64,000 nucleotides of DNA from Octopus sinensis (lineage: Eukaryota): assembly GCF_006345805.1 (NCBI RefSeq), contig NC_043007.1, positions 11,346,001-11,410,000 on the forward strand, in the 5' to 3' direction. A model generated the notes under the pieces. The model ran no database searches, was not told where the DNA came from, and saw nothing but the letters and a program-made list of their open reading frames with translations. Position 1 is the first letter of the stretch. Every line of letters begins with the position of its first letter. Shown in pieces: positions 1 to 11,689 of the stretch. The position numbers were made by a program, and so were the translations under genes.

Positions 1-87
1 GTGTGTGTGTATATATGCATATATAAATATATATATACACACACACATATATATTGTTTATATATACATACATACATATATATATGC

Positions 88-118
<31 letters not shown>

Positions 119-215
119 CATGTGCGTGTGTATATGTATATATATATACACTTGTATACAGATATAAATACATATTTACATACATATGAATATATATATA
201 TGTGTATGTGTTTAC
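1..215. repeat. (TA)n/(CA)n compound microsatellite
   Basis: Dinucleotide runs seen directly; the ORFs here are YI/HT low-complexity translations. Confidence 0.95.
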
Positions 216-470
216 ACAAGCACACACACGCACATACATTTATACACACAGGCACACAATTATTCATTTATATCTTTTGAGAGTTTGTTCTTTGTAGAGA
301 TGGGTTTTTAAAAAATTTTTTTTTTTCCAAGACTGTCCACTTAACAGATGGCTTAGTTAAAAGATTCTGACTTCAATACTAAAAGGAAACCTAACAAAAC
401 AGAAACAAACCGGAAATGTCTATAGCAAATGTTTTTTTATTTTTCATCTTTGCTCTCTCACTCTACCTCT

Positions 471-472
471 CA

Positions 473-540
<68 letters not shown>

Positions 541-623
541 GTCTGTCTATCTAGCCATCTATCCACCTGTCTATCTATCTACCTACCTACCTATCTATCT
601 ATCTTATCAACCTATCTACCTAC

Positions 624-667
<44 letters not shown>

Positions 668-873
668 TTTTTAACTCCCCCCCTTTTTTATCCTCTTTCT
701 TTCCTTTTACGATCCCTTTTGATCGAACCCCCCCCTTTTTTTTACCCCCAAAAGAAAAGCTCTACCTCGTAATTTGTTCTATCTGTGTGCAGCCCTGTGT
801 GGCTAATAAAGAAACATATCTTATCTATCTATCTATCTTATCTATCTATCTTATCTATCCATCTATCTTATCC

Positions 874-916
<43 letters not shown>

Positions 917-917
917 C

Positions 918-966
<49 letters not shown>

Positions 967-1000
967 ATCTATCTATCTTATCTATCCATCTATCTTATCC

Positions 1001-1043
<43 letters not shown>

Positions 1044-1044
1044 C

Positions 1045-1083
<39 letters not shown>

Positions 1084-1117
1084 CATCTATCTATCTATCT
1101 ATCTATCTTATCTATCC

Positions 1118-1152
<35 letters not shown>

Positions 1153-1153
1153 C

Positions 1154-1198
<45 letters not shown>

Positions 1199-1256
1199 AT
1201 CTATCTATCTTATCTATCCATCTATCTTATCCATCTATCTATCTATCTATCTATCC

Positions 1257-1303
<47 letters not shown>

Positions 1304-1304
1304 C

Positions 1305-1353
<49 letters not shown>

Positions 1354-1374
1354 ATCTATCTATCTTATCTATCC

Positions 1375-1428
<54 letters not shown>

Positions 1429-1450
1429 ATCTATCTATCTATCTGTCTAT
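471..1450. repeat. (ATCT)n microsatellite blocks (471-665, 818-1450)
   Basis: ATCT tetramer runs with ATCC/CTT variants. Confidence 0.95.
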
Positions 1451-1859
1451 CTGTTTGTCTTATGCATAAGAGAGAAGAATAAAGAGAGGAAAAAAGAGAG
1501 AATGATAACCAAAAAAAGAGAAAGTGTGTGTGTGTGAGTGTCTTCTCTTGAGTTTGAGTGGTTTTGTGTATGCATGTGTAAATGTATATCTATAAGTGAA
1601 CATGTGCGTTTCTGTTAATGCATCAATGTGTTTATCTCTTTGCAAGAGTGTGTAAGGATGCGCAGGTGTGCATATGTATATGTACGGATGTGTTATTTTA
1701 ATATGTGCATATGAGTGCATTTGTGTATACGTGTATGCATGTATGTGAATGTGATGGCTTTAGAAGAGTACATGTGAGTGGGTTTGTGAACATGTATGTG
1801 CAGGTAAGTGTGTTAAGATGTGTATTTAAGAGTACATGTAGGTGTGTGTGTGCTCATGT

Positions 1860-2682
1860 ATATGTATGCTGGTGTGGTTGTGTGGTGCGTGTGTGGTGTG
1901 TGTGGTGTTGTGTTTGGGTGTGTGTTTTGTGTTTGGTGTGGGTGTGTGGTGCTTGTGGTGTGTTGTGTGTTGTGTGTGTGTGTGTTTGCTTGTGTGTGTG
2001 TGTTTGTGTGTTTGTGCTTGTGTGTGTGTGGTTGTGTGTTTGTGTGTGTGTGTGGTGTTGTGTGTGTGCTGTGTGTTGTGTGTGTGTGTGTGTGTGTTGT
2101 GTGTGTGGTGTTGTGTGTTGGTGTGTGGTGTGTGTTTGTGTGTGTGCTTGTTGTGTTTGTGTGTGTGTGTGTGTGTGCTTGTGTGTGTGTTGTGCGTTGT
2201 GTGTTGTGTGTGTGTGTGGTGTTGTTGTGTGTGTTTGTGTGTTTGTGTGTGTGTGTGTGCTGGTGTGTGTGTGTGTGTGGTGTTTGTGTGTTTGTGTGTG
2301 TGTTGGTGTATTTTGTGTGTGTTTGTGTGTTTGTGTGTGTGTGTGTGTGCTTGTGGTGTGTGTGTTTGTGTGTTTGTGTGTTTGTTGTGTGTGTGTGTTT
2401 GTGTGTGTGTTTGTGTTGTGTGTGTGTGTGTGTGTGTGTTTACTTGTGTGTGTGTGTTGTGTGTTTGGTGTGTTGGTGTGTGTGTGGGTGTGTTTGTTGG
2501 GTGTTTGTGTGTTTTTGTGTGTGTGTGTGTTGCGTGTGTGTGTGTGGTGGTGTTTGTGTGTTTGTGTGTGTGTGTGTTGTTTGTGTGTGTTTGTGGTTTT
2601 GTGTGTGTGTGTGTGTTTGTGTGTGTGTTTGTGTGTGTGTGTGTTTGTAGTGTGGTGTTGGTGTGTGTGTGTGTGTGTGTGT
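1860..2682. repeat. degenerate (GT)n microsatellite
   Basis: Almost entirely G/T for ~820 bp. Confidence 0.95.
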
Positions 2683-2807
2683 CTACACACTTGCGTTTCT
2701 TGCTGAAGAGGCTCTCATTGTTAGAGAGACTGAAAGATGCTGACTTGGTTTTTATTAATCATTTGCAATTGTCTACTACAACGAGTGACAAGAGCCTGGT
2801 TCTGTAG

Positions 2808-3162
2808 ATCACCACCACCACCACTACCACCACCACAACCACCACCAGTACCACCACTGCCACCACCGACCACAGTAATAACACCATTATGATCACGCCA
2901 CATGTTGCTACATGCAATGTTACCACTTTCACAGTTAATAACCTTCACCACCATTGCTACTGCCAACACTACAACCGCCACTATCACCACTGCTTTTGCT
3001 GCTGCTGCTGCTGCTACTACTACTACTACTACTACTACTACTATTTCTACTAACGTCAATATCACAACCAATCTTAGCACTAACCTCACTGCTGCATCAC
3101 TAATACCACCACCACAATCACCATCACCACTACCACTGATACCGATTCTGATACTACTACAG

Positions 3163-3211
<49 letters not shown>

Positions 3212-3227
3212 CACCACCACCACCACC

Positions 3228-3259
<32 letters not shown>

Positions 3260-3265
3260 CACCAC
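2808..3265. repeat. (CAC)n/(ACT)n/(GCT)n trinucleotide low-complexity region
   Basis: Triplet runs seen directly. Confidence 0.9.
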
Positions 3266-3299
3266 AAAAACTGTGATACGAAAACTGTAACATTCGTTC

Positions 3300-3962
3300 A
3301 CCAGCTTGCTTACGAACCACATTGTTCTGGGTTCAGTCCCACTGCATGGCACCTTGGGCAAGTGTCTTCTACTATAGCCTCGGGCTGACCAAAGCCTTGT
3401 GAGTGGATTTGGTAGACGGAAACTGAAAGAAGCTCGTTGTATATATGTATATATATATATAGAATAAAACTTATATATAAAGAAAGTGAAATTCACGAAT
3501 TGACAAACACGGAAAAACGGACAGTAATTCAGAGCCTTCATTCTTCAGTCAGAAACCGATTCATCATGGCAAATTTCGGCTGTTTAATTCTGAGATTTGC
3601 TCCGATAGGGCCAGCCCCAAGGAAAAGCTAAGCTATGGGCATTAGATTTGCTTGGTAGAAGGAAAGAATGTGACAACAGAGACGAACAGGAAAACAAGAG
3701 ACGAAGATAGATAGGTATATAGATAGATATATATATATGAATGTGTGTGTGTGTTTGTTTGTCTGTGTTTGTCACCCCAACATCGCTTGACAACCGATGC
3801 TGGTGTGTTTACATCCCCATAACTTAGTGGTTCGGCAAAAGAGACCTATAGAATAAGTACAAGGCTTACAAAGAATAAGTCCTGGGGCGATTTGCTTGAC
3901 TAAAAGGTGGTGCTCCAGTATGGCCACAGTCAAATGACTGAAACAAGTGAAAGAATAAAAGA
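3300..3962 (+). mobile_element. tRNA-derived SINE family A, split at its internal (TA)n by an insertion at ~3461-3715
   Basis: B-box GGTTCAGTCCC, ACCTTGGGCAAG motif (resembles the CORE-SINE motif), 3' end GACTGAAACAAGT(G)AAAGA; matches many copies in the window. Confidence 0.85.
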
Positions 3963-4059
3963 GTGTATCTTTTATCTTTTAGTTGTTTCAGTCATTGGAT
4001 TGCAGCCATGCTGGAGCACTGCTTTAAAGGGTTTTAGTCACGAACAAACTGACCTTTGT

Positions 4060-4276
4060 CGGAAGTAAAAATATTAAAATCTTTGAAAGATGTGAATGTA
4101 ATATAAAAAGCACTATTTTTAAGTTTTAAAAATTTTTAATAAAAAAATCAAATGAAGACCCTATTTGTCCGATGTCAAATTATTCTTGCATTACAAGTAT
4201 GGAAGTAATTGGTGAAGCTGTTTTCACATGAAAAATGAATACGCACACATCTCTATTTTATAATATATAAGAAGAT
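4060..4276 (-). mobile_element. probable 5' end of a non-autonomous Helitron
   Basis: Minus strand begins A|TCTTCTTATATATTATAAAATAGAG, similar to the 5' end of the Helitron at 18549; no 3' CTAG end found. Confidence 0.4.
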
Positions 4277-4489
4277 ATATATATATATATATATATATAG
4301 GGAGAGTTTACGAAAAAGACAAAAGACGAAGGCATGTGGTGTACAAAACAAACAGATGTATTAGTATAACGCTCAGGAATAGAAAAAGTCTTTTACATTT
4401 CGAGCCTACGCTCTTCTACAGAAAGGGACACAGAAAAAAAAAAACAAGGAGAGAAAAAAAAGAGAGAAAAAAAGGAGAGAAATATATAT

Positions 4490-4909
4490 ACTCTTTTACT
4501 CTTTTACTTGTTTCAGTCAGTTGACTGTGACCATGCTGGAGCACCGCCTTTAGTCGAGCAACTCAACCCCGGGACTTATTCTTTGTAAGCCCAGTACTTA
4601 TTCTATCAATCTCTTTTGCCGAACCGCTAAGTGACGGGGACGTAAACACACCAGCATCGGTTGTCAAGCAATGGTGGGGGGACAAACACAGACTCACAAA
4701 CATATACGCACATATATATATATATATATTATATATACATATATATGACGGGCTTCTTTCAGTATCCGTCTACCAAATCCACTCACAAGGCATTGGTCGG
4801 CCTGAGGCTATAGCAGAAGACACTTGCCCAAGATGCCACGCAGTGGGACTGAACCCGGAACCATGTGGTTGGTAAACAAGCTACTTACCACACAGCCACT
4901 CTTGCGCCT
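4490..4909 (-). mobile_element. SINE family A, near full length
   Basis: Minus-strand head GGCGCAAGAGTGGCTGTGTGG (A box) and GGTTCAGTCCC (B box), internal TA tract, GAGTAAAA tail. Confidence 0.9.
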
Positions 4910-5230
4910 ATATATATATATATTATCATCATCATTCTTTAATGTTCATTATCCATGGTGGCATGGGTTCAATGGTTTAACCAGGGCTGGTAAACTGGGA
5001 GGTTGCACCAGGCTACAGTCTGATTTGGCATGGTTTTCTACAGCTGGATGCCCTTCCTAACACAAATCACTCTGAGAGTGTAATGGGTGCTCTTATGTGC
5101 CACCAGCATGGGTGCCATTTGTATGGTACTGATATCTGCCATGACTGTGATTTTGCTTGGCTTGATGGATTTTCTCAAGCATGACATATTGCCAAAGGTG
5201 TCGGTCATTGCCTCCATGAGGCCAAACATA

Positions 5231-6453
5231 CAGGGGTTGGACAAAATAATGGAAACACCTTAAAATTTCAAACAAATTTATTTTAATATGCGATAGGACC
5301 ACCTTTGGCAGTAATTACAGCTTGAATTCTATGAGGTATGGAGTTGTATAAAGTTTGAATTGTTTTCAAAGAAATGTTTATCCATTCTTCAGCTAAAACA
5401 GTCTCCAGTTCTTGTAGTGATGATGGTGGAGGATATCGATTCCTTACTTGTTTTCTAAAATGCACCATAAATGTTCAACAATATTGAGATCTGGGGACTG
5501 TGGTGGCCAGATAAGATGTTCAACTTCACTAGAATGTTCCTCGTGCCATTCAGTAACAACTTTAGCTGTATGAATTGGTGCATTATCATCCTTAAAGATT
5601 GTGTTTCCCTCCACAAACAGTTCCGCAACCATAGGATGAATCTGATAAAATGCTTAAAAAGTCTTGACTATTAATTCTGCCATGAAGGGAAACCATTGGG
5701 CCAGCGGATTTCTAAGATATATTGCCTCCCAGATCATCACAGATTCTCCTCCATGTTTAACAGTTGGAAGAAGGCAGTCTGAATCAAATGCTTCTTTTGG
5801 ATGTCTCCACACGTATACTTGGCCGATGATCAGAAATGAGGTCAAGGATGATTTGTCAGAGAAAATAACATTCTTCCACTGCTCTAGGAACCAATTCTGT
5901 AGGTTTTACTCCACTCTAAATGCTTTGCAATGTTTGCTTTTGAAAGTAGTGGGTTTCTGATTGCAGCCCTCCTGGGAAATCCAGCTTTGTGTAGCTCCTG
6001 GTGGACAATAATTTTGGGAGCTGTACTTTTGTGATCCTTTCTAACAATTTGCATAAGAGTCCAATGATCCCTATCTGAAAGTTTTGGTTTTCTTCCAGAG
6101 TTTTGTTTTAACGAGGAGGTTTTTCTTCTTTCTCAAGAGCTGTCATCACTTGTGAGACAGTACTTCTTGATATACCAAACATATTGGTTGTTTTCGTTAC
6201 ACAAGAACCTGCCTTATGAGCACCAAAAATTTGATCTCTTTGAAAGTCCGATAGATCTGTCATTTTAAGGAATTTTAATTATCTTTTACTGATGATATCT
6301 GAAAATAAACAGCAATTTTAGCAAAACAAATTAAGCAACGCTAATAATAATAATTCAAAAACATAAAAATAACAAGTTTTTGATGGTTTTATAAATATTT
6401 CAAAATGTTGATGCTATGATGCTAGGTGTTTCCATTATTTTGTCCAACCCCTG
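5231..6453 (-). mobile_element. Tc1-like DNA transposon, full length, decayed
   Basis: 30-bp TIRs CAGGGGTTGGACAAAATAATGGAAACACCT (5231-5260, 6424-6453), TA flanks. Confidence 0.95.
5283..6263 (-). pseudogene. Tc1 DDE transposase pseudogene
   Basis: MTDLSDFQRDQIFGA N-terminus; IFSD, FKDDNAPIH, SPDLNIVEHLW and GGPIAY* in shifting frames. Confidence 0.93.
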
Positions 6454-6718
6454 TATATGTATATATATATATATATATACATACACATGTGTGTGTGTAT
6501 GGGTGGAAGGGTGACTTTGCGTTTGTGTTTGTCCCTCACCAATACCTCTTGACAACCAGTGTTGGTTTGTTTATGTCCTTATAATTTAGCAAAACAGACA
6601 AAGAGAATAAGTATCATGCTTTAAGAAGAATGGTAAGTCCTGGCATTCATTTTGTTTGACTAAACCCTTCAAACCAGTGTCTAAGCATGACCAGGGCCCG
6701 ATGACTGAACAAGTAATA

Positions 6719-6753
<35 letters not shown>

Positions 6754-6757
6754 TATC

Positions 6758-6792
<35 letters not shown>

Positions 6793-7087
6793 TATATATA
6801 TATATATATATATTTTATTATATATAAAATATAATATATATATATATATATTATATCTATATATACATATATCTATATATATACAATTAAATATATATAT
6901 ATATATGTATGTATGTATATATATGTATGTATAGGCGTTAGGAAGGGCATCCAGCTGTAGAAACACTGCCAGATCAGACTGGAGCCCGGTGCAGCCTTCT
7001 GGGCTACTTCCGATCTCTGGTCAAACCGTCCAACCCATGTAGCATGGAAAATGGACGTTAAACGATGATGATGATGATGTATGTATG

Positions 7088-7119
<32 letters not shown>

Positions 7120-7416
7120 ATATAATATATATATATATATGCATATATGGGTACAGCACGTCATCAACCGTGCAAATAACATGAAATACGTAAACAAACA
7201 TGTTAAATATGTAAGCAGCGAGGAAGAAAGGAAAAGAGGACAAGTAATCACAGATAAAGGACCCTTCATCAGTTGTCGACTGTCTATCTACTCTTCATTT
7301 CGAGCATTCACCGACAATATGAGTCTACAAAGACAGTTGCTCCCATAAACTCTAAAATAAGATTTAGTATTTATGGAGGGTCAAAGTCAGGAACAAAAAC
7401 ATGGTAATGAAGACAT

Positions 7417-7787
7417 GGATGGAAGCACTCCATCGGTTACGATGACGAGGGTTCCGGTTGATCCGAATCAACGGAACAGCCTGCTCGTGAAATTAACGTG
7501 TAAGTGGCTGAGGAATCCACAGACACGTGTACCCTTAACGTAATTCTCGGGGATATTCAGCGTGACACTGAGAGTTGAAATACAGGTACAACAGAAACAG
7601 GAAGTAAGAGTGAGAGAAAGTTGTGGTGAAAGAGTACAGCAGGGATCACCACCACCCTCTGCTGGAGCCTCGTGGAGCTTTAGGTGTTTTCGCTCAATAA
7701 ACACTCCCAACGCCCGGTCTGGGAATCGAAACCGCGATCCTATGACAGCGAGTCCGCTGCCTTAACCACTGGGCCATTGTGCCTCCC
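7417..7787 (-). mobile_element. tRNA-derived SINE family C with 11-bp TSD
   Basis: Head GGAGGCACAATGGCCCAGTGG...GGTTTCGATTCCC; TSD AATGAAGACAT at 7406-7416 and 7788-7798. Confidence 0.9.
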
Positions 7788-8093
7788 AATGAAGACATAC
7801 AAGGAAACTGAATGAAAACAAACATGGAGGGTCATTGGACAAGAACGAGAGGAAAATAGTGAATGCTGGGAGAAATATTTTTTTTGAAAAAAAAAGATAG
7901 AAAAGAGAGAGGTAAAAAACATGTCTGCTGTTTTGAACTTCTGTGCAGGAAAATAAAGAGGGTCATGTAAAGAAAAGAGAGATGGACATTATATATACTA
8001 GCAGAAAGACCACCCTCCAGGCAGTTTTCTGCTAGCCACTCACTAATATTTCCATATTTGATTCCCAATTCTAATAATTTTTATATTTTACAT

Positions 8094-8193
8094 NNNNNNN
8101 NNNNNNNNNNNNNNNNNNNNNNNNNNNNNNNNNNNNNNNNNNNNNNNNNNNNNNNNNNNNNNNNNNNNNNNNNNNNNNNNNNNNNNNNNNNNN
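8094..8193. other. assembly gap (100 N)
   Basis: Run of N. Confidence 1.
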
Positions 8194-8802
8194 AACAAAG
8201 TGTTGTCTTTATGCCTCACCACGTACCATAAGAAATAAGCTCTAAAGTCTTTTTTACTAACTTAAAATCTCTGAGAATAGCACACTTTATTGTAGGCAAG
8301 CAAAAGAAAAATAATGAATTGATAAGGCTGATTAACTATATATGTGTTTTGAACTACCTGGTAAAATTATTATTGATTTTTACCCTTTATTATTAAAATA
8401 ATATTTGAATAAATTCACTCCATGATAGACACTGCATTTACTGCAGTCTAGATCTTAACACACACGTGGGTATAAAAGAATGATATGAATTATACTCAGC
8501 AGTATAATTCATATTTTTATGAGTGTGGATAGATATCAGACATACGATGGCACTGATTATGTGCATATTTTGAAATACTCGTGAACTAGTATGAAATACT
8601 ATGCTGAAGAGTAACAGCAAGTAAAATTATTTTTTATTTTAGTTTCGAAACGAATCCATAGTTAATCAGCCTTATTAATACATTATTTTTCTTTTGCTTG
8701 CCTAGAATAAAGTATGTTATTCTCGGAGATTTTAAGGTAGTAATAAAGACTTTAGCATCTATTTCTTACAGTGTGTGGTGAGGCATAAAGCCAACCGCTT
8801 GT
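8194..8802. repeat. long imperfect inverted repeat (arms ~8194-8358 and ~8640-8802), Penelope-LTR-like
   Basis: e.g. CTTTATGCCTCACCAC vs GTGGTGAGGCATAAAG and AGGCAAGCAAAAGAAAAATAATG vs CATTATTTTTCTTTTGCTTGCCT. Confidence 0.85.
8598..8662 (+). ncRNA. type I hammerhead ribozyme motif (partly degenerate)
   Basis: Stem I ACTATG/CATAGT, CTGAAGA 8604-8610, stem II GTAAC/GTTTC, GAAA 8647-8650, AUC site; stem III reduced to one pair. Confidence 0.65.
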
Positions 8803-9253
8803 TATAACTATATATAATATTATAAAATATTTTGTATAAATATACATATAAATATATATAATATATATATATATATATTATATATGCACACATATACATA
8901 TGTATACAAAATAATAAATAAAACATATGCATATATACATACATATTGTACGTACCTACAACTATATGTTATATATACATGCATATATGGGTACGGACAC
9001 CAAAAAAAAACGTTGAACACAATGAGAAACGAAAACATAAAAAACAAACCAAGGAAATGGACATTTTTCTTAAACAACGATAAAAAAGAGTACAAGACAT
9101 ACAACACAAGGAATATTCCCCTTCTTCAGCTGCCTCTGTTTCATCTACTCCTCGTTTCGAAGTAAGGCGAGACACGACTTCGTTGAAACAGTCCTTCCCG
9201 CAAAAGCAAATTACACACACACACACACACGCACATATACATACATATATGTA

Positions 9254-9288
<35 letters not shown>

Positions 9289-9307
9289 GTGTATATGTAT
9301 ATGTATA

Positions 9308-9634
9308 TTGTTTTTCATGACCACCTCACATGTATGGCCCACACTACTAACAGTTTCAAGCATATGGAACCCATGTACATTCTTCAGGTGGCAGCCATAC
9401 CATCGGACTTAAGCAGTTTAAATACAGGACTGAATTTAAAGATGGGGTGAAAGAAACCCGATATTGGACCTGTTCCAATATCGGCTTTCTTTCACTCCAT
9501 TTTTAAACTTGGTCCAGTATTTAAACGGCTAAAGTTTGATGGTATGGCTGCCACCTGAAGAATGTACATGGGTTCCATGTGCTTGGAACAGTTAGTAGTA
9601 TGGGCCACACATATGAGGTGGTCATAAAAAACAA
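9308..9634. repeat. fold-back hairpin, 161-bp arms with a 5-nt loop
   Basis: 9308-9468 is the reverse complement of 9474-9634 with about 18 substitutions and no indels (counted by eye). Confidence 0.95.
9336..9396 (-). ncRNA. type I hammerhead ribozyme motif
   Basis: Minus strand GGCTGCCAC-CTGAAGA-ATGTACATGG/CCATATGCTT-GAAA-CTGTTAG-TA-GTGTGGGCC; intact core, GUA site. Confidence 0.7.
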
Positions 9635-9940
9635 AGTATACTGTCGTTAGATGGAGTACTCTTTTTGCTGAACCAGGACATACAGACCTATATATATATA
9701 TATATATATAAAACCATGCTAGCATGGAAAACGGACGCTAATGATGATGATGATGATGATGATATATATATATATATATATACACAAAATGAGAAAATGG
9801 AGAAACATACCTAAATCAATCATCAACCATCAGATAATACCAATCAATATTTTATTAAACCATTACACAACAGCAATGACATTATACATAATATATTGCA
9901 AATATTAAACTAGACATGGAAATAGAAATAGAAAATACAA

Positions 9941-10073
9941 TTACATCGTAGCTGACAGCTGTTTTCGGCCGTGAAGACAGGTATGTCCTATTTACCTATT
10001 AGCCATATAAAGCAGGTATTAAATGAGACATTAACAAGAATGTCTCACGGCCTCTTCAGAGAAGGTAATGTAA
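9941..10073 (-). ncRNA. type I hammerhead ribozyme motif with long stem II
   Basis: CTGAAGA (10059-10053), stem II GGCCGTGA/TCACGGCC, GAAAA, palindromic CAGCTG, GUC site, distal stem I TTACAT/ATGTAA. Confidence 0.7.
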
Positions 10074-10487
10074 GTATGAAAAAATTTAATATAAATATAA
10101 AAATAAAAAATATAAAAATGTGTGCATAGACCCTCATAATTCTACACACATATATATATATATACACATTAATACAAATATAAACAAAATATATCAGTAT
10201 ACATAACAAACACAATTATTTTCCATATTGAACTCATAGTTCTATAACCAACATCAAGGAATACATGTACACTCACATTTAAATTAAAGCAGGACATATA
10301 TATTTAACAGTCCAGTTCATTAAAATGTATAACCACACAAAAAGTCAATAAAATTAATATTAATATTAATAATAATAATAATGATAATAACAACATGATT
10401 GTACCATGTAAAGCAAGCGGACATATAAAATTATATAAAATTATAAAATTTTATATAAAATTATATATATACATATATATATACACG

Positions 10488-10940
10488 TTCAAACACAAAA
10501 GAGATACCCGAAGAATAGGATATCTGACTCGCTAGAAGAGCAGTTAAAACTCCAAGCCACCAATTACTTATAGCTGATTACTTATAGCTCCATGTCTATG
10601 TGTTCAGTTGGCAACCTACTGAGGACGCAGCGCCAGATATAGACTGAATTATCTTATTTCATTCTGTATTTAAGTCTGCAGAAACCTTGCAGGGTATAGG
10701 ATTAAGGTAAAAGTTTTTATTCTTCAATTACTTTCGAAATTACAACAATTGGTGGCTTGGAGTTTTTAACTGCTCTTTCTAGCGAGTCAGATATCCTATT
10801 CTTCGGGTATCTCTTTTGTGTTTGAATGTACACTGTACTCTTCTTTGAATAATATATAGTCTACTGACTAATTTTTTCTTTCTCGCTAGACCACTGGTAA
10901 CTAAGAATTTTTCGATGAATATTCTTGCTACCCTAAGATT
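10488..10940 (+). mobile_element. Penelope-LTR-like module with ~80-bp inverted repeat (10488-10565 / 10747-10826)
   Basis: Near-perfect IR around a hammerhead; TA-tract flanks; 3' part related to 13205-13310 and 57790-57960. Confidence 0.65.
10615..10700 (+). ncRNA. type I hammerhead ribozyme motif
   Basis: Stem I CCTA/TAGG, CTGAGGA 10619-10625, stem II GCAG/CTGC, GAAA 10681-10684, near-palindromic CCTTGCAGGG, GUA site. Confidence 0.7.
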
Positions 10941-10997
10941 TTAATTAATGATTATATATATATATATATGCACACACACACACACATATATATATAT

Positions 10998-11562
10998 ACT
11001 CTCTTTTACTTGTTTCAGTCATTTGACTGCGGCCATGTTGGAGCACTGCCTTTAATCGAGCAACTCGACATGGGACTTATTCTTTTATAAGCACAGTACT
11101 TAGTCTATCAGTCTCTTTTGCCAAACCACTAAGTAATGGGGACATAAACACACCAGCATCGGTTGTCAAGCAATGCTAGGAGGACAAACACAGACACACA
11201 GACACACAAACACACACACATACATATATATATATACGACGGGCTTCTTTCAGTTTCCGACTACCAAATCCACTCACAAGGCTTTGGTCGGCCCAAGGCT
11301 ATAGTAGAAGACACTTGCCCAAGGTGCCACGCAGTGGGACTGAACCCGGAACCATGTGGTTGGTAAACAAGCTACTTACCACACATTCTTTTATTCTTTT
11401 ATTTGTTTCGGTCATTTGACTGTGGCCATGTTGGAGCACCGCCTTTAGTCAAAACAAACTGACGCCGGGACTTATTCTTTGTAAGCCTAGTACTTATTCT
11501 ATCAGTCTCTTTTGCTGAACTGCCAAGTTACAGGGACATAAACATGCCAGCATCGGTTGTCA
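10998..11562 (-). mobile_element. SINE family A plus an adjacent partial copy
   Basis: Same consensus as 4490-4909. Confidence 0.88.
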
Positions 11563-11689
11563 GCGTTCACCTTTTCTTTAAAAATTGAATAAATATGGCA
11601 TATATGTCTCATACAGCTTACTTATTGCCCTCAGAATTCTTGGTGGAATATCATATGCTTTAAGCATCTTCATCATCATTCCTCCTCCT

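Noticed and set aside
2696-2800. CTGAAGA-GGCTCTC/GAGAGACT-GAAA hammerhead-like core
   Set aside because: No stem III, NUH site or stem I partner could be found downstream
1-3320. Long ORFs such as 785-1537, 1705-2706 and 2721-3320, and similar ones elsewhere
   Set aside because: Translations of stop-free microsatellites (YLSI, VC, HT, poly-D/H/S)
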